Assembly: GCF_006345805.1 (NCBI RefSeq)
Contig: NC_043009.1
Span: 52,824,001 to 52,888,000 of the forward strand
Direction of reading: 5' to 3'
DNA from: Octopus sinensis
Taxonomy: Eukaryota
Length of the DNA stretch: 64,000 nucleotides
A program made the position numbers and the translations under genes. Positions 39,101 to 50,950 of this stretch are shown here, piece by piece (positions within the stretch are counted from its first letter, which is position 1; every line of letters starts with the position of its first letter). The notes below the pieces were generated by a model. That model did not search any database. It was not told where the DNA came from and saw nothing but the letters and a program-made list of their open reading frames with translations.

Positions 39101-42100
39101 TTTAGGTCAGACCTGAAGTTAAACAACAACAACTAGTTTTTTTTTTTGTTTGTTTGTTTTTTTTTTACCTGAAGTATGTTATGTAAAACTTCACATTATC
39201 AATAATTATGCTAAATAGATATTAAACCACTAACCTGTGTGATGCTGTCCACAAGACACATGTGTGACTGGAATATCACCGTCACCAACCAGAATTTCAG
39301 CAGGTGGAAGACTAACCATTTTTGAATAGTCTGTTTCCAGTTCATCAACTTCACCTGCAAAAGAATAAAAAGAAATGAGAGAATTTATTTTATATAGCTT
39401 CTTTAACCATGATAATGTGAATAAAGCATGTTGAAATTCTATATTTTTGGTAATCCATCCTTTACAGTAAGCTGGGGTTGTTTTTTTTTTGTTTATTTTT
39501 TGTTGTTTTTTTTTAGTTGAACCTCTTCCAGTAACTTACGAATTTCAGTAATTTCTCAAGCATCTTATTCAACATGCTGAGTAAAACTGAGGTCAGTGAA
39601 TAATAAAAATCCTGTCACTCAGCTCTCACTACATATGAGTGGCATCACTCATTCTCGCACGTTCCCATAAACAGTTCCCTGGTTTGCCAGATCTTGTCAA
39701 ACTATCCAACTCATGCCAGCATGGAAGATGGACATTAAATGATGATGATGATTAGCAGTGCTTTTTTTCAAAACAGCTGGAATACCAGAGCTCAACAACA
39801 ACAACGGATCCTAAATCGGCAGTCAAAGAAAGCTGGCAGGGTGAGGGGAAGATTCTATACCTCTACTTCCACCCGTAAGTAAATCACAACAGTTTACCTC
39901 GAAATTTGATCTGCTTCATTCCTTTGCTTTTCGACTTTGGAACACGCTCAACTTTCTCGATTCGTTTTCCAATCTGCTCGAGAGGTTTCACACCGGGACG
40001 TCCTCCTGAACAGACAAAACAAAAAAAAAAAAATGATTACAATGAAATGAAGAATGAATGAAAAGATAATCATAACACTAACAAGAAGTTACAACAACAC
40101 ATCAAAATGCAAATGTGTTGATATTATACAAGTGGAAAGGTGCATGGCCGAGATGTTAAAATTACTGGGATTGTAATCATAATGTCAAGGGTTTGGTTCC
40201 ATATCCGGACGGTGCAATGTGTTCTTGAACAAGGGACTACATTTTGCCTTGCTCAAGACAAGTCTATTCAGCTGAAAATGTGTATCAGCCGAGTGCTGGT
40301 TCTGATCGATTTCTCCCTTGCTGTGACACCCTCAATAATCTGCCAAGTCAAAGGTAAGAGGGTCAAGAGGATGTGTCTGCACATGATTGCTGCATAGGCA
40401 CCATAACCAATTAGGAAAAGGATGGTATCTGCCAATAAGTCGTTCTCACTCATGAGCAACAAGTCTAGAGTGTGTTTGTAAGAGTATCAGTGTGTGTGTG
40501 TGTGCATGTATGTGCAGACATTTGTGTTTTTGTGTGCATGTGTTTGTGTAAGTGTGTGTGTGTGTTTAATTTTTTAAGTTATACAGGGATAGTGCCCAGG
40601 ACTTTTGCAAGTCTTCCAGGAGATCAATGTCATTGAAACTCAATTCATGATGTGTGTGTGTGTGTAGACAGTATGTAAAAATATAGATTATGAAAAAATA
40701 GTACTTTATACAGAGACAGAAAGAATAATAATTAGACAAAGGGTCTGGCTCAGAGACAGAAGTAGATATATAGATGGATAGAGAGATACACAGGTACTGC
40801 AAAAATGCATTGACAGATACTAGGACGCATAACACAAAGACATATCTGCAGAGACACATAAACAAACATACAGAAAGAGACAGAGATGGAGAGACAGACA
40901 GATGAACAGACAGACATATGGACAGACAGATGTATGAACAGACAGACAGACGTATGAACAGACAGACAGACGTATGAACAGACAGACAGACGTATGAACA
41001 GACAGACAGACGTATGAACAGACAGACAGACGTATGAACAGACAGACAGATGTATGAACAGACAGACAGATGTATGAACAGACAGACACATGAACAGACA
41101 GACAGACACATGAACAGACAGACAGACAGACACATGAACAGACAGACAGACAGACACATGAACAGACAGACACATGAACAGACAGACAGACAGACACATG
41201 AACAGACAGACATACACATGAACAGACAGACAGACATACACATGAACAGACAGACACATGAACAGACAGGCAGACACATGAACAGACAGGCAGACACAGG
41301 AACAGACAGACGGACACAGGAACAGACAGACAGACAGACACATGAACAGACAGACACATGAACAGACAGACAGACAGACACATGAACAGACAGACATACA
41401 CATGAACAGACAGACAGACACATGAACAGACAGGCAGACACATGAACAGACAGGCAGACACATGAACAGACAGGCAGACACAGGAACAGACAGACGGACA
41501 CAGGAACAGACAGACGGACACATGAACAGACAGACAGATGCATATGAAGAGACAGACAGACAGACAGACATACGAGTCGAAAGACAGCTAGACAGAGGTC
41601 AGATAAAGAGATGCGACAACATACCGGCTATGAGATCGTATGAAACAGGATGGTCGGGTTTGTTGGAGACGTCCTTGAGACCTCGGTCATTCAGTTGGTC
41701 AGATATTTCGCTCTCCCCTGCACAACTTTTGCATGCACCACATTCTGCACAGCCTGAATCCCCAGCACCGCAACCACAGGGTCTGTTTGATAGAAGAGGG
41801 TAGAAAGGAATATACAGATTGCAAAAGTAAGCGATACTAGCAGAATATTAAGGCGGCGAGCTGGCAGAACTGTTAGCACGCCAGGCGAAATGCGTAGGCG
41901 TATTTCATCTGTCGCTACGTTCTGAGTTCAAATTCCGCCGAGGTCGACTTTGCCTTTCATCCTTTCGGGGTCGATAAATTAAGTACCAGTTACGCATTGG
42001 GGTCGATGTAATCGACTTAATACCTTTGTCTATCCTTGTTTGTCCCCTCTATGTTTAGCCCCTTGTGGGTAGTAAAGAAACAGATACTAGCAGGAAGAGA

Positions 42101-45100
42101 GAGAGAGAGAGATACATGGTGATAGAGAAGAACAAGAGAGACAGAGACAAAGTGATGTTGAAAAAGAGAGATAGAGAGGAGAAAGAAGGTGCACAAAGCA
42201 TGGTTTTGGCGTTAAGAAGCTTCCTTTGCAACTACTTCGTTTTGAGTTCAATCACACTTCAGGGCACACAGGGAAAATGTCTTCTACTATAACCCTAGGC
42301 CAACCAATGCCTTGTGAACATGTGAATGAATTTGGTAGATGCAAACTATGTAGAAGTCCATCGTGTCTGTGTGTGCATGTGTGTGTGTGTGTACGTGTGT
42401 GTGTCACCTCCACACCACATGACAACCAGTGTTGGTTTGTTTATGTCAATGTAACTTAGCAGTTCACCATAGAGATGAGACTGATAGAAAAGGTACCAGA
42501 CTTGCAAAAATAAGTACTGGGGATGATTAGTTTGATTAAAACATGTCAAGGTTGTGCTCCAGTATGGCCACACTCCACTCACTGAAACAAATAAAAGATG
42601 AAAGAGACAGACAGAGTAAGTGATGTAGTGAGAGATAGAAAGTTACAGAGAAAGAAGTAGTCAGGATTTGAACTCAGAACAAAAGGGCAATGCTAAATAT
42701 AGCAAGGTGTTTCGTCTGTTGTGCTAACATTACTGCCAGTCCACAACAATTTCTTAGGCAGAAGGCAATGAATTTTGATAGAAATAGTCAAATTTATCCA
42801 AATTAATAACTGGTACTAAGATGAAGGCATTATAGCCTGGTGGTCAGAATGTTGCACTTACAATTGCAAGATCACGGTTTCAATTCACATACCAAGCAGT
42901 CTATCGTGTTCCTGAGCAATACACTTCATTACACTTTGTTCCAGTTCATTGAACTGGGAGTAACCCTGTGATGGACTGGCATCAGAAGGTATATCCCGAT
43001 CATGGTCCCTTATACACAATGGAAACCAAATAACTTGTCCTACAAGTCCTAGGACTTGAGACAGTAATATCTAGGGAGGTGATGACGAAGGATACAATCA
43101 AATTTGCCCCCAATTAATGATTGGTACTTATCAGCACCAAAAAAGGATGATGTTACTCTAGCAGAATTTGAACTCAAAACATAACGGGATGTAATTAAAT
43201 ACCAGAGAGTCTTTCACCCAATTTTTGTTGTATCTCACGAGGGTCTTTATGCTAATAATAAACTAACACACATGCACAGAGTCTATTTCACTTCTTCATT
43301 TTTTATTTTTCAGTTTAACTGTTTGAAGTCCTTTCCATTTTTATTTGCAGCCTCACTTCCCAAGATGCTACAAAACCTGTCCCAACACACGAGTTAACAT
43401 CAAGAATCTTGTAAACCAAATGCAGAAACCAGACATTTTATTCAATGCTTTACCAATTCTACCATCAAATACTCACACAAGGAAAACAACAAAGAATCTT
43501 CTACATAGTCACGCTACTTGCAAGACATAGCAACCAAATGTCCTTCAAATGATACTATAGGAAGAAGACATGCAATAATATAGTTCTGGATATGCAAAAA
43601 CGGATGGGATGGTCATGGTTGTAACGTCTTAGGTTGTAAGTCTATCTGAGTTAGATTTGACTTGGAGCTAATCTACAACAGTAACAACAAAAGCAACATA
43701 GTTCCCATACAACCAATTTCCTCAGCAAAATAAGGATAACAGTGACCCTTTGTAAAAAATGAACTGTGCAAGGTGGAGTGGCAGCTGCTGACCATTCCCT
43801 GAAGCAACACCATTGCAGTCATTCATCATCATCATTGTTCGCCAGACTTCACAGTCCATCATGGCATTACGGAGGTCCTGTTGCTGGATGCCTGTATCCC
43901 TGGAGTTTACATCAGGGTAGGAGAGTGTGCGTCCTCTGGTATTGCGAGTAGATGGCTTCCAGAGGAGAAGAGTAGACATTACCTCTTTTTCAGCTCTACA
44001 ACAATGCCCAGCAAACTGGACTCTCCTACCTTTCACAAGAGATGACACAGGTGGTAGTTTCCCATATATTTGCATTTTGGTTGGATGGCACCTCCACGAG
44101 AGATTTTGAACTCTCATAAGGAGGCGAGTGTAGGTTCCATCCAATGCAGGCATTACCACAGGACACAGGCTGATCACACCATTTGTTTTGGGATATACGG
44201 CCACTGCCCTCTCCTCATTCTGCTGCTTTACTCCCTTTTTTCTTTTCCTTTCTGATCTCTCTTTTTTTTTCCTGTTTCTTTGTATTTTAAATGTTATAAT
44301 TTAAATAAGAATAATATTTTCAATATATAAAAAAAAGCACCCACTACACTCACGGAGTGGTTGGCATTAGGAAGGGCATCCAGCTGTAGAAACACTGCCA
44401 GATCAGACTAGAGCCTGATGCAGCCTTTCTGGCTTCCCAGATCCCCGGTCAAACCGTCCAACCCATGCTACCATGGAGAACGGACGTTAAACGATGATGA
44501 TGAAAACAAAAAAACAAAAACAAAAAATATAATAATGAAGAAGTTCTTACAGGCCTGGGTTCCGATCAAATCGACCACTGCTAATACAATTGACACCATA
44601 GCCTGTACACTCGCCACATACGGTACACACCATACACTGATCGTGCCGCCAGCGATGTTTACCTGTGAATAAAGAAAAACAAAAAATATAAAACACATGT
44701 ACATTAAAGAATTTGTGCTTGTAAATATTGTTTCACAGCAACACTTAACCCTTTAGCATTTAAAATGACCATATCCGGCCCAAATATTCTGCTTGTTTTA
44801 TGTTCAAAAAAAGATAGAAAACTTCGAATGACCCGTCTTTGTTTTATGTTCCACATGCACCAGCTTAATTCAATTTGTCCCCAGTCGAAAGACATCTGTT
44901 GTTATGTCCTGTTATTATTCTTATTATATTTTTTTATTGTATTTTTTCCGTCCTTGTTTTTGTATACATTCGCTGCTTTCTTCCAAGAAGCTTAGTTTTT
45001 CCTTGGAGCTGGCCAGATTGGAGCAATCTCAAGAATAATCAGCCGAAATTGCAAGGATAATCTGGTTCTTGACTGAAGATAGAAAACTTCGAATGACCCG

Positions 45101-45194
45101 TCCTTGTTTTCTTTGTATCGTCTATCTGGATGTTTTGCTGTCCCTTTTTGTATCACCTAGTTCTCCGGATGTTTTGCGTTCTTGTCCTATTTTG

Positions 45195-45233
<39 letters not shown>

Positions 45234-46184
45234 CCACTCAGGCAGACCAAAGCCTTGTGAGTGGATTTGGTAGACGGAAACTGAAAGAAGCCCGTCGTAT
45301 ATATGTATATATATGCGTGTGTGTGTCTGTGTTTGTCCCCCTAGCATTGCTTGACAACTGATGCTGGTGTGTTTATGTCCCCGTTACTTAGTGGTTCGGC
45401 AAAAGAGACCGATAGAATAAGTACTGGGCTTATAAAAGAATAAGTCCCGGGGTCAAGTTGCTCGATTAAAGGTGGTGCTCCAGCATGGCCGCAGTCAAAT
45501 GACTGAAACAAGTAAAAGAGTAAAAGAGTAAGAGTATATATATACACACACACACACATACAATGAGCTTCATTTAGTTTCTATCAACCAAATCTGCTCA
45601 CAAGGTCAACCCAAGGTTATAGTAGAAGACACTTGCTCAAGGTGCCATGCAATGAGACTGAACCCAGAACAATGTGGTTGGAAAGCAAACTCCTTACCAC
45701 ACAGCCACAAGAAATACAATAATAACCATACATAGACACATTGGGGTTCGATAGAGAATGGAATGGATGGTAATAGATACCTGGTGGACAAATCACATCT
45801 TCATGTTCCCCCTCCTCCTCTTCTTCAGCCATATTGACATTGGAACTCCCTAAAAACAAAAACAGGTAAAAATCAATCAACAAGAAATTAATGTCTCGAG
45901 TACACGTACATCCATCGCAACCCACTCCCCCACCCTCACCCACTTTCAAGCTAGCACCTACATTCAGAGTAACAGGAGATTGAGATGAAATGGAGTTAAG
46001 GGTAGAAATTAGCATCATCATCATCATCAACATGTTTCCATTAGTTTCATGGCAGTTTCTACTCCACCATTACTTCTTTATCAGTATGTAATATTGTATT
46101 TATGTATTGTTGTAATTGTTTTGTTGTTTCTGATGTTATTTTATTGTTTTGTCCATCTGATGTGTAATATATCAACTATGTAAG

Positions 46185-46223
<39 letters not shown>

Positions 46224-49200
46224 GTTACTACAATCTCGGAGTGGTTGGCATTATGAAGGGCATCCAGCAGTAGAAACTCTGCCAGATCAAGATTGGAGCC
46301 TGGTGCAGCCATCTGGTTCACCAGTCCTCAGTTAAATCGTCCAACTTATGCTAGCATGGAAAGCAGACGTTGAATGATGATGATGATGATGATTATAGAG
46401 TGAAAGTGTATTATAGAGTGAAAGAGTAGTGTATACCATCTGAGTGACAATGGGGTACAAATTCACGAAGCCCAATATACCCATCGTGACTACTCATTTG
46501 ATAAGGGTACACCAGGCACATGTATCACAACCATATGTGCATGACATGGTGATCCCATATCAAGATAAACAGCACATTACCTCTCAGGTTGGGGCCCAGT
46601 TAGAATTTTCTTCAGGTCTAGTAGCCCATTCCGCTCAAAAGGTTTCTGAATATGGGTTGTTTAAGCATGATGAACAAAACACCAATGTTTTCAGTGAATT
46701 ATTCAAATCCCAAAGAATTCCTCTCAACATATGGCTATGATGCTCTCCCACTATTCCTGTTCATAATCAGAGATGCACATGTCATCAGCCACTAAGGGAC
46801 ATACTCAAGCAAATCTATGGTACAGTGCAGAACATTTGCTGTAGCCCTTCTTCTTCTTATTATTATTATTATGATTATCATTATTAAAGCAGCAAGCTGG
46901 TGGAATTGTTAGCATGCCAGGCAAAATGCTTAGCAGAATTTCATCCATCTTTACATTCTTAGTTCAAGTTCCACCAATGTTGACTTTGCCTGTCATCCAT
47001 TCAGGGTTGATAAAGTAAGTACCAGTTGAGCACTGGGGTTGATGTAATTGACTTACCCCCCACCCTGTAATTACTGGTCTTATGCCAAAATTTGAAACCT
47101 ATTATTTTTTATGCCTTTGTTTTGCAAGAACCCTGATGTGAAATCGTGGGTTGAAACACATATTGTTATATTTCAGGATAACCGTTTTCCCTTTCTTGCC
47201 AAATAAACACATGCACTATATGTTCGTTCTTCACTTGTTTATTATTGTTCTGATTTTATATTCATTTTATATTCACTTGTGACCTCTTCAGCAACACTCC
47301 ATCTCATGTGTCTCCTCTTGTTCTGTTTAGTCCATTATGGACAGGAGGAGACATATGGAATGGAGAGTCACTGAAGAGGTCACAAGACGTGTGATGAAAG
47401 ATTTCCAGACAATGGACATAACATAAAAATAAACAAGTGAAGACCAAATATATGGTGCACGTGTTCATTTGGCTAAAAATAAAAAAAAAAACGATCATCT
47501 TGAAATATAACAATATTATTACTATCATTATAACACCTGAAGTAGACTCTATAATGAGGTTTATCCCACTGCTTTTGTCAATCAATAATCTGTCAACTGA
47601 CCTTCTTTGGTGGTTCCTGGTGAATATTCCCTGCCACATTGACCCTTGTTGTTTATTCCAAATGTATATACAAGTCCTTTACTGGTCAGTACCACAGTGT
47701 GTGCTTTTCCTAATGACACCTGAGTGACCACAACGTCTTTCAAGTCAGTCACATGGCCTGCAAAATAAAAAAAAATTTAAATGCATCATAGAGATTAAGT
47801 ACCTTTTGGAACTGGCACAAATGAATGAGGATGGCTTAATCCTTTAGCATTCAGATTATTCTATCAAATGTAATGATTATTTATTCACATTGTTTCTAGG
47901 TTTTTAATTAATCATGCATTACTTTGTAGCTTAGAGATTTCAACGATATGATTGTTTATTTTTAGAAGGAACTTGTAAAGTTGCAAAAGCTGTATATGGC
48001 CAGTTTGAACATAAAATAGATAAAATATTTTGACAGGATATGAAAGGGTTAACCTTTTAGATATGCTAAAGGGTTAACCCTTTAGATACCAACCAGCTTA
48101 AGATCACTATTAGCCCTACAATTCAAATTCCCAGTTTTAACCCTTTCGTTACTGTATTGATTTTGAGATGCTCTGTATTTCTTTCAATTACATTAAATAT
48201 AACAAAGAATTTAGTAAAATAACTTAGTTATCATTAAGCTAGAGTTAGGAACATAAATTATGACTAAGGTTTGGTGGAAGATTTTAATTCAAAACTTATG
48301 AAAACTAGACATTTGTACTCAGAGCCAGAGCTGGTATCAGCCGGGTTGGTAACGAAAGGGTTAAAATAACCTAACTCAGAACCTTCCATAAAAATTTTAT
48401 GCCAATTTATGTTCCAAATGCTAGCTTAACAATGATGAAGTTATTTCACTATATTCTTCTGGTTGAAACAAAATCAGTGTATTTGAACAGAAATGTGGTA
48501 ACAAAAGTGCCGAGTAAGCAATATAGTAGCAACATGGCAGTGTTTTTAATATGGAACCATTTTCCAAATGGAGTACAAATTGCTCTACCAAAGTTGACTA
48601 TGCTTGAGTCTTCATGGCCAAGTTCTCCCCAGAAGTTTCAAACTTCAGGTCAGTTCTAAAAGAAACCATTCTATCAATACTACCGCAGTTTTCTCTATTC
48701 ATATAAAGGCAGCATTTGAAGGTGTATGGCTTAGTGGTTAGGGTATTCAGCTCATTGTCATAAGGTTGTGAGTGGAGGCACAATGGCCCAGTGGTTAGGG
48801 CAGTGGACTCGTAATCATAGGATTGTGGTTTCGTTTCCCAGACCAGGCACTGTGAGTGTTTATTGATCAAAAACACCTAAATCTCCAGGAGGCTCCGGCA
48901 GGGGGTGGTGGCAAACCCTGCCGTATTCTTCCACCACAACTTACTCTCACTCTTTCTTCCTGTTTCTGCTGTACCTGTATTTCAAAGGGCTAGCCTTGTC
49001 ACACTCTGTGTCATGCTGAATCTCCCTGAGAACTACATTAAGGGTACACATGACTGTGGAGTGCTCAGCCACTTGCACATTAATTTCACAAGCAGGCTGT
49101 TCCATTGATCAGATCAACTAGAACCCTTGTCGTCATAACCGACGGAGTGCCACGATAAGGTTGTGAGTTCAATTCCCAGTGAGAGAATCTTTAAGATGTA

Positions 49201-49855
49201 GCCGGCGATAGGGATGGGGATAAAGATTTCCTGAGATTGTTTGGTAACTGGGAATCTATCATCTTACTCATGTATTTGCGAGAAGGAATTAGATGGTGTT
49301 GGAGATATACATTAAATGATAGTGATAATGATATGTGGTTGGTGTTAGGAAGAGCATCAAGCTGTAAAAACCCTACCAAAACAGTGAAGCCTGATGCAGA
49401 TTTCTGCCTAGCCAGCTCCTGTCAAACTGTCCAGTCCAAGCCAGCATGGAAAACAGATGCTAAATGAAGATGATACATATATATGTATATATATATATGT
49501 ATACATGTATATATATGTTAAATGAAGATGATATATATATATATGTTAAATGAAGATGATACATACACATATATATATATATATATATAAATTTATATAT
49601 GAGGATAATATCGATATTTAAGTGTCGAAATTATCAAGTGGCCAGCATGAAAGAAATACCTTACAAAGGTAAAAAAATTTTTAACAATTAAAAATGAGGG
49701 TGTCTAAAAGACACCAACATGCCGAAATAGCAGTCGAAACACTGACTATAGTACCACGTTAAATGTTCATGGTGCGATATGAACATTTAACGTGGTACTA
49801 TAGTCAGTGTTTCGACTGCTATTTCGGCATGTTGGTGTCTTTTAGACACCCTCAT

Positions 49856-49903
<48 letters not shown>

Positions 49904-50918
49904 ATGTTAAATGAAGATGATACATACATATATATATATATATGTGTGTATATATGTATGTATATATGTATATATAGGTTATATGAAAATGATACATATA
50001 TATATGTTAAATGACGACAATACATATATATATATATATATGTTAAATGAAGATGATATATATATGTTAAATGAAGACGATATATATATGTTAAATGAAG
50101 ACGATATATATATATATTTATATATACACACACACACATACAAACAACAGGGTTCTTTCAGGTTTCATCTACCAAATCCACTAATAAGGTTTTGATTGGC
50201 CATACACATGTATGGATGCACACACACACACACACACACAGACACTTGCATACTTCATAGACACAAACACTCACTCACACTGGTTAGCAGCACCATTTTT
50301 ATGAAGTGAAACAGAAAAAAATTTTTGAATTAGTAGCACACCAAAACAGTAACAGTTACTCACCACTAGCATGATCACAATGCGTTGTGTCTTTTCCATA
50401 CATGAACACCTCCCCTTCTTTTGTTACCATTGCACTGCTGCCATTGTTACAGGCACCAAATATCACATTCTTACTCTCCATTCGGATCAGTTTCTTGGGC
50501 TTCATTGCTTTTGGTTGTCGACGAACTTTGGCTGGAATGAAAGAGAACGGGTATGAGAAACAGATAATTGGGCAAACATGGATGGAGAAACCGATAAACA
50601 GGCAAAGAGATGGATGGGGCAACAGCTAAATGGGTGAACAGATGGAGGGGAAACAGATGAGGGAAAATTTACAAAAAAAAAAATAATTCATTCCATTACG
50701 TTATTTGTTTTACGTCCGTTTTTTTATGCTACCATGGGTTAGATGAATACATATTAATGACACTGCTTTTACAGCCAAATGCACTACTTTTAGCTAAGCC
50801 TTAGCTGTTTTACAGGTAAATTAGTTTTCAGTCTACTTGTCTACTGGATGATTAAGAGGGAAATGTCAACAAATGTCAACCCAGTGATTTTTATGTAAAG
50901 AATATATATGTATGTATG

Positions 50919-50950
<32 letters not shown>

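Noticed and set aside
40268-40464. Minus-strand 64-aa hydrophobic ORF with a phase-compatible AG, including a possible 15-nt microexon
   Set aside because: No pyrimidine tract; overlaps what looks like a degenerate plus-strand SINE starting near 40138; no MYCBP2 similarity.
40566-41803. 233-325-aa ORFs of VCLS/QTDR repeats
   Set aside because: Translations of the (GACA)n compound repeat.
48772-48850. tRNA-like sequence (also 9430-9500, 53325-53400, 58880-58960)
   Set aside because: A/B boxes run into SINE bodies and the acceptor stem is not intact; these are SINE heads, not tRNA genes.
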